Positions 1 through 12,553 of a DNA stretch of 64,000 nucleotides are shown here, piece after piece. The first letter of the stretch is position 1; each line of letters opens with the position of its first letter. This DNA is from Klebsormidium nitens. Its lineage: Eukaryota > Plantae > Klebsormidiophyceae. A program made the position numbers and the translations under genes. Location of the stretch: assembly GCA_000708835.1 (NCBI GenBank), contig DF237393.1, forward strand, positions 13,324 through 77,323, given 5' to 3'. Below the pieces are notes generated by a model. It saw nothing but the letters and a program-made list of their open reading frames with translations. It did not search any database and was not told the DNA's origin.

Positions 1-926
1 AGCGGTTGAGGCTGGGGTAGTGCAGGAAGCAGATGGGGCACTCCTCAAGGTCCAGGTGTGGCTCCTCCCTGCCGGGAAAGCAAGGCGCCAGCTTACCTGC
101 AATTCAAAACGCAGGTCCCCTGAGCCTGTGAGATGCAATGCTGGCCCAGCGCTTCTGAGAGTTGCCAGATGAACACAAGCATCTGTAGTCAATGATGCTT
201 ACACGTGCTTTTGTTAGCGTTACTATCTTGTCTCTGGAGAGGCAGTCCGTGAATGCTTGAAAGCTGGCGCTCCCTGAGAATACAATCCGAAACGAGATTT
301 GATCTGCATCAGCTCACAGACAGCGGGACAACAAACTGACATATTACGTTCAATTATTCCAAGCTGCTCAAGCCTGCCTGAACTTGAACAAAATGTTCCC
401 TGCATTTGCAGAAACTTGTGTTCCTCTCACGCAGTCGCCCGTAACCGCTATATTTTCAAGTTTCAAACAAACAATCAGCAAGCCCATTGAGTGCCACTCT
501 GCCATTTGATGTCAATTGAAGTCTCAGTGAGACGTCTTTCACCCTCAAAGCCACTTCCTGACTGGCGAAAAAGCTGCTGGTGCCAGGGTCTTAGCTTGAT
601 GTTTGTTGGGCGACAGTACAAGAGTTATTCTCTTGAGGTCCGTTGACCAGGGCAGCTAATAGTCTTTGGAACAAAACAATATTGTGAGCATGTATCCAAA
701 CAAACTTCGGGCCCAGCTAGGTGATGGCAATCTTTTAAATACATGTCTTTTTGGGTGGATCATTGATCATTTGGAGGTGGCAAGCTCGTAAGACCTCACC
801 GTCCAGAATTAGGCGACGCAGCTTCTTTGCATCGACATCCCTCTCTCTGTCGGGGTAGAGCCCCTGAGGCCGGGTGTACTGATCGTCTACTTTCACCCGC
901 TTCCGGGTGCTTGAGGCGTTCCCCAT
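1..926 (-). CDS. DA2: DA2/GW2-like RING-type E3 ubiquitin ligase, 5' part (exon 1 800-926, exon 2 1-96; continues beyond the window start)
   Basis: Splicing exon 1 (ATG 926-924, donor G|GTGAG after 800) to exon 2 (acceptor TTGCAG| before 96) gives [74 protein letters not shown]. This matches the YTxPQGLY...DVDxKKLRxLI...KLAPC.PG...[15 protein letters not shown] N-terminus I recall for plant DA2/GW2. Confidence 0.88.
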
Positions 927-1849
927 GATTGGACAAACAGTAATGAAGCCTGCCGGTACTTGAAGGTTTACTCAGGACGCTGACTCCTCACAAGCTGCCG
1001 TTGTTTGATGAGGTCAGGTGTGATTCCGACGAGGCTTTGCCGATTACTGCTTAGTCATTGCTAGACTCTTTCTCATAGGGCATATATTTGCCTTCTAAAC
1101 AATCAAGCTTCGTTCAAACTTCCCCCAGGAAGAGGGACCCAGAATTTATGAATTCAGTCCTCTGCGCAAGTGTAACCTGTGGGTTTATGGCAGCGACTGA
1201 TTGAGGTATGCACCAGGTCCTTCAAGTGTGTACTACAAAGGAGTGCGTGCTGCGGACTTCAAGTAATTTCACAAGATGACCAGCGTTGGATCTTTGCACC
1301 CACCTGCAAACAGAAATGATGGGGCTTGTCAGTGATGGACAATCTTGTGCTTCTGAATGAGATGAAACGCCAATGCCCTGCATAAGGACCACTAACCCCC
1401 AGCCATTTCGTTTTCTTACAGTGGATTGCTCATTACGTCAGGACATGTTGAACATAGACACCGTCCAAGGTCTGACAACATTGAAATGTCTGACTTTATA
1501 GATCCTCCGGGGCAATTGCCATCATTCGCGCTATCCCCCATTTGAGAGGGAGTGCTCGAAACGCCGCTGTGCTTTCCTTACCTCGTGACTTCCAGGACCC
1601 CATTCCAAATGACCACCATGTTGAGCACCAGCTCATCCTGAAAGCTGATCAAGACCCGTCGCTTTTCTCTCCACCCTCCTGTTGCTTGCCTGGGCAATCA
1701 GTTGCCATCGCCGCCATGACATGTCGCATGTGTGCTCACTTCAGACTTGGTTTGCCAACTCATGAACATCCAATGATTCGGCGCGAGCAGCGAGTGCTCA
1801 ACACCAAACCCCACAAACCCTGGTGGCCAAACGCGCGCCAGCCGCCAGC

Positions 1850-1878
1850 GCGCGGCGGCTGTCGATCAGCCGCCGCGC
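1850..1878. repeat. Perfect 12-bp GC-rich inverted repeat (hairpin/cruciform) upstream of copy 1
   Basis: GCGCGGCGGCTG-TCGAT-CAGCCGCCGCGC; it ends 95 nt before ATG 1973. Confidence 0.7.
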
Positions 1879-1972
1879 CCTTCGCCCCTGGACATGCAGC
1901 TGACACGACTGCATCAGCCGTGTCAAACATAAGGAAGAATGTTTGAAGTCTCAAGGGCAACCGTGGACACTG

Positions 1973-4900
1973 ATGGCGCCGGCATCATTGGCAAGAGCAA
2001 CATTTAATGGCCACCTCGTCGCCAGTCCTGGCACGATATGCCGCCCCGCACAGCAGTCTGAACTTGGAGGGAGTCACAAGCATGGAATCCAACGTGGAAC
2101 CCGCTCAGATAATCACCAGCTGCAGCTCCTAGTTTCAAGATCCGGTCGCATCAGTCCTGCTCAGCGAAGTATCCAATTCTCGAAGAGCAAATGTATGGGA
2201 GGCAAGTCGTCAGATGGGGTCCCACGTCAGGGCACTCAGTCCACTGGGAGCTCAGAAGCTGATGTGCATCAGCAAAGTAGCCCATCTCTTATGGAGCCTT
2301 GCAGCTTTTCGGAAGCTATCAATCAGCACTTCCTTTTGGACGAGTCAAGTAGGGAACAGAGCTGGTACTTGGACAAGGAAGTGATACGCGGTTGGAATTT
2401 GCAGACGTTCAAAGCGGAGTCCGACTTTGTATATTCCCACTCTGCAGGCGGCGTGAGGTACTTCAGATATAAGGAGGGCAGGGAAGACTATGTTGGTTTG
2501 AGAGACGTTCTGGAACGGGTGCAGAATGGTGCAATGCGCGACGGGCGAAAGCTAGAAAACTTGCTAGGCTGGGTGTGCTATGCCGCAGAAGATCACAAGG
2601 AAGTCAGAGGCTACGATCTTGGATACATGGACTTTGAAGCTAGCATGGCTTGGGACCATAAACAGACTCGCCAGATGTGCAAGCAGATGGGTTTAGACTT
2701 CAAGAAAGTGAAGCTGCATCTGGCATGGGCGGCCGGGTATGCGAAGGGGATTGACAGAGGGAACAGTCTTTTCTGCTATGGAGCTGTGAACCGGCTGGAC
2801 GAGCATGATTCGAAACATGCCATGCTGCATATCTGGCGGGAGGGGCCGGCAGGCGAAGCTTTTTCTCCACACGTGTTGGACTGCGGTTTAGACGTAAGGG
2901 CTCGCAGCGACGCGCGGTGCATTCAGTACAAAACTGGCTGCATTCCTCAAACTCAATTGATGCGCTTGATAGTGCGCTTTGGAGACACTCTCTCCATGTC
3001 TAGCCAGCTGCTCTTACCAGCTTCTTGCTTCTTGATTGAAACAGGCAACGTTGAGAAGAGTTCTTATAAAGGTCTCACGCCAGCTCAGGACACAAATCTA
3101 ATCGTTGCGAGTCCTTGCAGGGCACCGAGGACTGCCTGGTGATTCCGCTGGGAAAGCTAGACGTGGAAACGGTCCCTAAGTATTGCTCCCCCTCTCCCTA
3201 TGGCGACCTGCTCAACGAGTCAACTCAGGTGGACACCGGGGTGCGGCGCGCTCTTGAAGCGCGCTTCAAGGCACGTAAGGAAGAAGAGGACGAGAACCAA
3301 AGCTCATTTGTTGAGAGAGTCCGGAACAGAAAGGTAATGAGGTCTTGCCAAGCTCAGTGGTTCTGGCGTCACTAAAGGTCTGGTGTAAATGCATAATGTT
3401 CTGCAGTTTGGTCAGCATTTCCAACGGCCACACTTTCTTCAGCAGTTCAAGCTGGCCGACTTATCGAGCTGCACGATAGTGACTTTGAGTGCGCTTGCCG
3501 CCCTCTTTGGGGCGGATTGATGTGTTTAACTGGTTGTAGCAGCGTCTACAGAACGTTTGCAGCTTCAGATTTATATTTGTGTTTAAGCTGCGCAAAAGGC
3601 GGGTCTGGAGTGTGACCGTGAAAGTGAGGCCGTCTCCGTCTAAGATTTCAAGAAGCACTGCTAGTGACTAGGGCCAAGCATGATTGAGCGTCTTGTTCGC
3701 TTCAAGTTTATTTGCAAGCGTCTTAGTCCCACAAAATTCCTCCGAAACGGTTCTGATGTCAGCTTCCAATGGTAACTTGACTTTTCGACATAGGTCTTTG
3801 GTCCCTTTGCAGCCTTGCTTTGAAGCCTTGATCCGCATCGCTGTGGCAGCGAAGCTTTGCTTCAATCAAGCAATCAAATTGGTCCCCTACAAGCTGAATA
3901 TTAATGGTGAGGCGTCTCGTTTCGCACGAAACAATGCTTCACAATTTCGGAACCTCTGTCCTGGTGACAAACTTCGGAAGATGAACGGAAGGAACTGCTC
4001 GCTTGCAGGCTCGACGCGCCAGAATCTTTGAAGTCCTCTATTGTCAACGTTGGGCTAGCTAGAGGCCGGACTTTTGAATCCGTGTTTGGTAGTAATGTCA
4101 AATGATCCTTTCCCGCTGATCAAACTTGCGTTGGCATCTGGCTGAGTCCATGTACGAAATTTATCCAACATGCAAACTGAAACTTCAGCTTCTTAGCGTG
4201 TCCCGATTCTGACGAGCATCGGCAGGCCCATTGCGATCGAATTCTGACAGAAATCCTTATGCTTGATCCCCTTCGATTGAGCAGGCCCCGGAGACTTCTT
4301 CCGGCCTCACGTGGACACCCCCGTCGACCCTGAGCTTTTCATCGGGACGGTTGTCGTCTGCCTCCCGTCGCCATTCACCGGGGGGGAGCTGATCGTTACG
4401 CACGTGGATGCTTCCCACACCTTCGACTTCGCAACTAAGTCCAACGACAAAGCCGTCTTCCAGTTTGCCGCGTTTTACGGGGACTGCCTTCACGAAATAA
4501 AGCCGGTCACCAGCGGCCATCGCATCACGCTGACGTATCACATCATGCGAAAGCGCCCCAACGTCACGTTTGAAAATGATGATTCGGAGTTCAGCCCGGT
4601 AAGCACTGAGGTCGAGTCTTGTATTTTATGTCTCTCCTTCCACTTTGGGCTGCTTATGATGACCCGTGACGTCAGCGGACCGGATGTCCGATGATGAATG
4701 CACATCCACTCTTTCATAGGCTGCTCCGTCCACATTTTTCTATCACTATAAAGCAGTAAGAAGAAAAAGAAAACAGAGTTGCCGCTTCCTACCTAGGGGC
4801 CGATTTGCCTTGTTGAGCGGCACAGGATTCAGATTGCAGAACCGCATTCAAGATTTGACCAGACTTTGAGATTGTCGATCTTTCGTGGGACCAAAGGACC

Positions 4901-6467
4901 ATCGGAGCAAGAAGGCTCGTCGACGCTTACCATTTTTCCAACAGGAAGAAGTGTTCCCTGTCGAAGCCGACGACATTTGTCAAGAGCAGATTTGCAACCA
5001 ATTTCAGGCCGAGCTGCGGATCCTTTCGTCTCTTGGACTGCCGTACGTGGGCTTTCTTCTCCAGCATGGTTACACCCAGGCGGGAATCTCGGAAAAGGTA
5101 AGACTTTTCGGCAGGTGGCAGCATCCGCTTACTTCAATTCTCTAGGGACAAAGAGAGGCCCGTAAGAGACACCTACGAGCCAGGTTGCCACGTTCCACAC
5201 TTGCTCTTTCGTACGGCCTCAGCACGAGCGCAACACGCGCTTCTGCAGGAGCTCCGCGGGGGCTCGCTTTTCTGATGGCGAGCCATTTTTGCATCGTAGT
5301 CACAGATCAGATGATATCTCTTTTGCAGGGTGCCTATACTGGGCGGTTGCTCATTACCCCCTTAGACGTCAAACGGCCCTTCTCTGAAAGGATTGAGCTC
5401 ATGTTTGCAGATCGTTCCACTTTACAAGGAAGAATGTCCTCTTGATCCGTTGCCGCTCAGAAGATGATAATCAGCGAGCGTGCCTGAATACAAGGCTTTG
5501 GTGCTTTTGCAGGGTTTGAAAGGCAGTGACAGATTATTCTACGAGCTTCTCACCGCGGCTGGCTGGAAGTGCCACTTCGTCCCGGTACTCGTGGTCAGGA
5601 GATGGAACAGAGGGACGAGGTTTTCTAGTGAAAGCGATTTCAAGTGCACACTGGAAGTGCTGTCATTTACCAATGATGACTACGACTTTCTGAGGGTGAG
5701 ACTTTATTGCCTGCGTCAGATACCTTCAGAAACGCTTTCTGAATGACATGAGAGCACATTCATTTGATTTCAAGCGCTTTTGTGAGGCGCAGTCCTTCTC
5801 CATTGGACTTCGCCGCTCTCAGTATTCTCCTTCCTGGCCGAACTCGTCAAGCTACGAAGAAGAGATGATCAGGCTCCATCGACAAACGTTTTCCTTCGTC
5901 CTACCGTGCTTCCCGCTCACAATTCTGATAGTTAAACTCGTTCACCTTGCGTGCAAATAGAGAATCTTCCATCTCTGCTGATCCTGAGTCGTAGGCGTAT
6001 TCAGCAAACAACGTTATACACATGCTGCGGGGAAGACATCTTTAGAAAAATCTGGACGGTCTGTCCAGCCGCACATGGTTGCGTTGAACAATAATAACAG
6101 TCAGCGTTTAGGTTGCTCGAATGGTCAACGTGTAGGTTGCTGGAGCACAAGGTCGAATTAGCACGCTAAGGGGAAGGAATTACAGAGGTGACTTCTTTCT
6201 TCGTTCGTTTTTCAGGGAGCTGCAGAAAGTGCGCCGACCCATGGATTCGAGGCCCGGATCCCGTTTATGTGGTACAGCGAGCCACAAGAACGGAGGCTAG
6301 TCGAGTGCATACTGGACGGTGAAAGATTCATGGGAAACATATCCATGCCGGGCAGAGAACTGAAGATATATCTGCAGTCAGTTATGATTGTGGATCTGCG
6401 CACCAGAGACACCGCTAACGCTCGCAGTAGAGATGCCGTGGCCTTACTGATTACCCCAGCAAAATGA
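1973..6467 (+). CDS. 2OG-Fe(II) dioxygenase-domain protein, tandem copy 1 (~709 aa, 7 exons, transit-peptide-like N-terminus)
   Basis: Exons 1973-2893, 3121-3333, 3813-3906, 4285-4598, 4945-5097, 5513-5695, 6216-6467, all GT-AG and phase-compatible. Core YKLNI-x-GPGDFFRPHVDTP...GTVVVCLPSPFTGGEL...QFAAFYGDCLHEIKPVTSGHRITLTY carries HxD (4308-4316), distal His (4491-4493) and the 2OG-binding Arg. The start at ATG 1973 is inferred; the conserved internal Met (MEPC) is at 2291. Confidence 0.85.
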
Positions 6468-7605
6468 AGAAGGCTTGAGACACGTGCCAAACGCCTTTCA
6501 CGCAGATAGAGCAGTTATCCTTTTGAATGGTCACAAGATGAGGCCTCATGTCAGACAAGATGGTCGAGCATTTGTTCTTACGCATGTGGAAAATGCCGGG
6601 CATGCTTGAGATCGAGAGCATCATGTTTCTGGAAAGGCATCCCAATCCTGCGTTCCGGGCAATATATAGAAGCGTTCTTGCCACTGGTCAATATCAGGGG
6701 CCAATTGTTTATTTTTTAAGCGCTGCTAGTATTCGCCTAGCGCGTGGAGGTAATCAGCTAGGTGCACTCAGATGCAGACGACCTCTACGAAAAGTCTCCA
6801 CTGCAAATTACCACCATGTTGTAACGAGATACGTTAGATGTTGCGTATTGTCTGCCGGTTAGAAACACTGACAAGGTAGTAGATAGTGCAGATGCACGAC
6901 AAATGACCAACAAAGTTGAGCATCACGTTGATCATGTACATTATACGAGGTCAACGTTTTTTTGACGAACTGAATTTTATTGCTCTCACACCAACTTCAC
7001 GTGAGCTAGCCTGCAGGGACGTTGTTTGAAAATGGCTATACCTCTGCCACGCTCTCTTTTACTGTGCGTCATGCTTTGCATTGTAATCTCACTCGTAGAA
7101 ACCATAGCTTGCATAAGCCCAGATTTAATCTGCCTTCGTAGCTTACGAGATTAAACGAAGTCGCTGCAGAATGAACATTGATTTTCTTATTTACTGAAAC
7201 AAACCCATTAAGCTTGAAACTCATTACGAAAACTAAAATGGAAAAGATTTGCAGACGTACGGTCAGGACGTATGGGAAACATCTGGGCATTGGGGCCGGC
7301 CGGCCGCCTGCCGCTGCCATGCCGCTGCCGCGGCCGGATGGCAATAGCTCAGAGGCGATCGGACCTGCCTGCATGACGATGCTTGCCAAGTTGCACGTAC
7401 CGTCGTACGTGACCGTGGGCCGCGGCCGCGGCCGTCGGCCGATCAGAGGCGGGCTCATGTGCGCGGGGCCGCGGTCTGAGTGACGTACCTTCGTGCGGTC
7501 ACGCCCGCAAACGCGCGAGGTTTATCCAAACCTCTGAACCGGCCAGCACAGGCTCCTACTAAGTTACCTTGAAAGCTTCATGCAGCTGCAAAGCTCTAGA
7601 TAAAG

Positions 7606-10600
7606 ATGGCGTCCAGCTGCGGGCGCTCCGTGCCTCATCTGGCAGGCCTGCAAAGACTGACCGCAACCGCATGCAGCCTGCCTTCTAGACAGTTGAGTTG
7701 CAGCTATACTATGAAAATCCCATCGCAGCTTGCTCAGCTTGGCTCAGGGCAATGGAAAACCTGGAAACGCTTAACAGCAATCAGGCAAAGTGTGCGTGAT
7801 TCGTGCTCTCTGATCTACTGCAAAGCCTTGACTGGCTCGCAGGGAAGCTTGGAACCCGAGACACTAGATGGTCTTCCGCTCATGGAGCCCTGCGAATTTG
7901 TGGAGTCAATTGACGGGTATCTAAACATGGAGGAGGCTCTGAAAAGCGGGAAAAAGCGGAGACTTAGTCCAGCAGAGCAGTGGGAAATCACTGAGTCCGA
8001 GGACGGCAAGGGAAGGACGTTGAGGATGAAGGAGGACTGGAGAGAGTACGTCACATTCAAAGATGTCCTGAAGCAGGTTCGGGAGGGTCGGACCTATCAC
8101 GGGGAAACCCTTGAGTAACAAGCTGGGTTGGCTGTGCCACGTTGCAGAGGACTACGATTTTGTCAAGTTTTTGGACTATGGCGCTGATGAGGTCGAAGCA
8201 AGCATGAGATGGGATTATGAGCAGTGCAATAACCTGTGCAAAGGGCTGGGGATAGACTTCCGCGAGGTGAAGGTGCATCTAGGATGGGCAGCAGGATATG
8301 CCAAGGGGATTGGCAGGGGCGATTGTCTGTTTTGTTATGGGGCCGCAAATGAATTTGAGAGACACGACCTAGAGCACGTTGTGCTGAGCATCAAACCCGA
8401 GGAGGAAGAGCCAAGTGGCCAGGCAAGCCTTCGATTGAACTCTCTTGTTCCGAGTTGAGCGCTGATGTATCTTAGTTTGTCACAAGACGCCGACAAATCC
8501 AGTGATTCAAAGCTGGCGGAAGCATGTCTGATTGACTCAAGTTCAAGTTTGAAAGCGAAAGACTGAAGTGGAAAGAAACAATGCTCAGCCAGTACATAGT
8601 ATGAATCAAGGTAGTGCTGAGAGCCTTTCCATTCCTTTCCGTAAAGCTACCTTACCTGCGTGAACAAGGGCATAAATTTTATTCTTTGCAACGACAAATA
8701 CAATTGGCTCTGTGTGGCTTATGTCAGCAAGTAGTACCGATTTTGAACAGCTCTTTATGCGTTGCTAAATCAAAGCACTCCTTAGGCTCGCGCTTTTTCT
8801 TTCGTAGCAGGAGAGCAATGCAGATGTCCTGGAGGTTCCGCTACAGGACTTGAACGTCGACTTGCTTGAACAGTACTGCTCTCCAGCCCCCTACGGCGAC
8901 CTTCTCAACGAGTCCACGCAAGTCGACCCCTCGGTGCGCCGGGCCTTGGAGGCCCGCTTCAAGCTGGAGAAGCCGGCCGACGTCATCAGGAGGGCACGCG
9001 ACAAGTGGGACCTTCGCAACAGCAAGGTAAAATGCAACCAGCTCAAGTGATTCCGCCTAAAGGCACCGTCCTGTGCTCAAGCTTTTGGTTCGCAAAAAGT
9101 TCCTGCCGTCGTACTTCGCAAGTATGACTGACATCCTGGCTCCAAGGCAGGACGCTATGTCGTGGAAAGAAGTTCCAATGGGGCCCCGTCGGTTTCTGAT
9201 CCAGTTTAACCCGTTTCTGCTTTTGCCAGATCCTCTTCGAGTCGAAGGTGCGCGCTGCAGTGATAGAAAAGCTGTGCTTCAATCAAAGGGTTCACCTAGA
9301 GCCCTACAAGCTGAACATCTACGGTGAGACCTCCACCCGTCGCTCAAATTCGACCAATCAGGGCGTTGCATATGCAGACGTACTGGAAACCGACTGACTT
9401 TGACGACGCGTCTTGTTTGAATGTGATTTCACATGATGCCATCCATTCTAAAACTTCCTAAAATCCTGGGGGTCATCTTGAAACCTTTCTGCAACTCGAT
9501 CTACTTCCAGGTAGAACTCTGACATAAGTTGAAAGAGCTTTCAGAGGATAGGACTCCCGCGAAGACAGAAGTAAGAACGGCAAGAACCGGTAACAATCTC
9601 AAGTCGTCTGCAACCAAGTACAACAGGTGTCAGGCAGGATCCAAGTCTGACGGACCTGAGGCACTGAACAACCAACCAAATCCTAAAAGATAAAATCCTG
9701 TATGCGAAAGCGATCCTTCTTGTACTGCTTGTTTCAGCGGCGCAAGAGACTTTCAGTGTCATTAACCCGCCCTACTCTCCAATCTGTTCATAATTATAGT
9801 CTAGCTACCTCCGCTTCCCTGTTCGAGCCCTTCGTAACCCCTGCAGAATCGACACTTCTTGATACTTGATCTTTCTCCAGGCCCCGGGGACTTCTTCCGG
9901 CCACACGTTGACACCCCGGTCGACCCGGAGCTTTTCATCGGCACGGCCGTTGTCTGCCTCCCTTCCGAATTCACCGGGGGAGAGCTGGTTGTGACGCACG
10001 GGAGCACCACCCAAACGTTCAATTTCGCAACTAGGTCTGGCGAAAAGAAACTCTTCCAGTTCGCTGCGTTCTTTGGCGACTGCCCGCACGAGATCAAGCC
10101 CGTGACCAGCGGTCGCCGCGTCACGCTGACGTACCACATCCTGCGCGTGCGCGAACCTGCACTAACTGATCAAAACTTCGACGAGACTGCGTATACGGTT
10201 AGTCATGTGCTTCCTTTCACACTTAATCTCAAAGATCATCTTCTGTGTATCCTGCCGGTCCCGCTTGGAAAGCGTGAAACAGCTCAGGAGGAAAGGACGT
10301 TGCAACGGCAAACGCTTGAAGTTTGGCACAGAGAGTCAGGACACTCTCCCTTCCCGCATACATTCTTGGCTCGTTCAAAGGAACGAAACGGTCCTCTTGA
10401 GCACTTGCACTTCATTGCTGCGCAGGACTACGCGTTTCCGCTGCAGTCGGACAACTCCCGCCAGGAGACTGTCCGTGACCAGTTCAAGGCTGAGCTGCGG
10501 ACCCTGTCGTCGCTTGGGCTGCCGTACGTGGGCTTTCTCCTCCAACATGAGTACACGCAAAGCGGTGCAGTCAAAGAGGTTTGTACAACCTGCCACGTGT

Positions 10601-11709
10601 CACTCTGATGGCCAAATGTTCCTTTCCGATATCCAAGTTTATCAATGGCCCATGCGCAATACACAAAGGCCCGCACAGAAGCATGGAGAAACAGGAGGAA
10701 AATGCTGAACCCTGCACCTCGACTTTGTGTCCTCATTCACTGTCAATAAAGTTTTACCGTGCAGCCTATGTTTTTGTGTTCACGCCCATTGTGAACTTTC
10801 CCGCTGACCTGATTTCTTCTGTATCCAAGGTCGAGGTTAAGGTCTTGCCAGTCCTGCTCATTACCTGCGCAGTAAGTGTGTTCTAAAAGCTTTGCCCTTG
10901 CCCTTGTCAATCAGGGCCTGAAAGGCAGCGACAGGATGTTTTACGAGCTTCTTACGAGGGAAGGCTGGCCTTGCCGCTTCGTTCCAATTCTTCTCGTGAG
11001 CAAATGGGACCGGGACTTCTTGGATCACGAGTGTGTTGTGGAAGTTCTCTCTTTCACAAACGAGGATTACAAGTTTCTGACAGTAAGCGAGCTTTTCTTA
11101 CTCTTGCTTGTAGAATTTCTTCTCCTTCGTTGCCCGGGCTGACAGCGTCTGAGAGCAGCCACTTTTGCTTGCCAAATACCGTTGGATCTATGTGCAACGA
11201 TCGGTCTTTCCGTGTAATATTGCCCGGCTCCAAGCACGCACTTTTCAGACACATACGTCAGCCGAGTAGGAGGACATGTGACTTTTATACCCGTGAAACT
11301 TTCAAACAGCTTTTCAGTTACAACCGGAACTTCCTGTGAATGAGCTTTGACCGTGCAGGAGGAGAGAGACAACCAGCCAGCCCTTGGATACAAAGTCAAG
11401 ATTCCGTTCATGTGGTACAACGAGGACAATTACGGGAGGCTCCTGCAGAACCTGGAGACTGGGGAACGATTCCTTGGGAACTCCTCTGTACCCGGGAAAG
11501 AGCTCAAAATCTACCTTCAAGCAGCGATGATTGTGGACTTACGACCGGTTAAAGCGGCCGGGGGGCCTGTCACTGTAGCGAACAAGGAAGATGAGGAGGA
11601 GGACGAAGGCATATGGTGGGAGTATTGGTCAGGGGACGATGACCCTCTCGAGGAGGAGAGCGACGAGCATTTCTTTAAAACCAGTGCGTGGCGCGAGTCG
11701 TTTAAGTAG
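7606..11709 (+). pseudogene. 2OG-Fe(II) dioxygenase-domain protein, tandem copy 2; 1-nt insertion at 8101-8110 (recent pseudogene or sequence error)
   Basis: Exons 7606-8422 (GC donor), 8811-9026, 9230-9323, 9881-10197, 10426-10578, 10915-11082, 11359-11709, the same structure as copies 1 and 3. Exon 1 is one base too long: GGGGAAACCC gives HGETLE* (TAA 8116-8118), while removing one base restores HGKPLSNKLGW (copy 3 DGVPLRNKLGW). The HVD...HEIK...R motifs are intact. Confidence 0.8.
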
Positions 11710-12274
11710 ACCAGCCGTAAAAAGAAAACTGATGGAAGTCACATGCAAGGAGGCAATCAAACGCAATTCTTGACTTGCCTTTAATGTTCGAGTTTGTGGC
11801 TTGCTGGTGATGACTCGTGTGAAACGAGTTCTCTGAAAGCGTACGAATCCTTTTTCAATGAAGAGAAAAGATGGATTGTAATGTCCACTGATATCTAAAG
11901 GCAAGTGAAGAGTAAGGGACAAATGTATAACCGCTTCCGACGGACCTGCTGCCGCCGCCGTAACGAAATGAACTAGGGCCGCGCTCCGCGACCGTGTCCG
12001 ATTGCACCGGCCGGGGCGGTTGCGCCGCCTTTTACTCGGCGGGACGCGTGACCGTCAGCCGGGCGCGTACAGGAATAGTGCTTGCCGATTCAGTCAGTGC
12101 GTAGTAAGCCTTTTGACCTGAGTGGAAGCTTACCTATGCCAAAATTTTACGGCGGCGCTCGTGCACCGCGCGCGTGGCCATACCCTTAAAAGTACTGGTA
12201 AACCCATGACCTGTCTTCGACTGTCCACTGAGCTTATCACTATTCTTCCCTGGTTTGAAAGAAGCAGCTTATTC

Positions 12275-12312
12275 GGATAAAATACTGTAAAATTTGGATA
12301 AAATACTGTAAA
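12275..12312. repeat. 17-nt direct repeat (period 21) upstream of copy 3
   Basis: GGATAAAATACTGTAAA at 12275 and 12296. Confidence 0.8.
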
Positions 12313-12553
12313 CAGTGTATGTGTGTGGGAGTCAGCACTCCTCAGGAGCCAGAGTCCGAGCTGGCGCGGCTCGCCGCACTACCGCGTCTCGCACCGGACC
12401 GGACGCTTTCGATCTGCAAATTGACACCGTCCGATGGGAGTCGGACGCCCAAACCCTCCACACGTACTGAGCCGGGTCCGACGAAAGCGCGCGTGCCTGG
12501 GACGGTGGCCGGTCGGACGAGCTCAAGCCCTGTAGCCTGCATTTCATTCCTGT

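Noticed and set aside
2840-2860. Possible GC donor GCAG|GCGAAG in copy 1
   Set aside because: Phase 1 is incompatible with the phase-0 acceptor at 3121; GAC|GTAAGG at 2893 fits.
8101-8110. Programmed -1 frameshift at GGGAAAC
   Set aside because: The heptamer is not in X XXY YYZ phase and a +1 shift is required; the paralogs have no shift.
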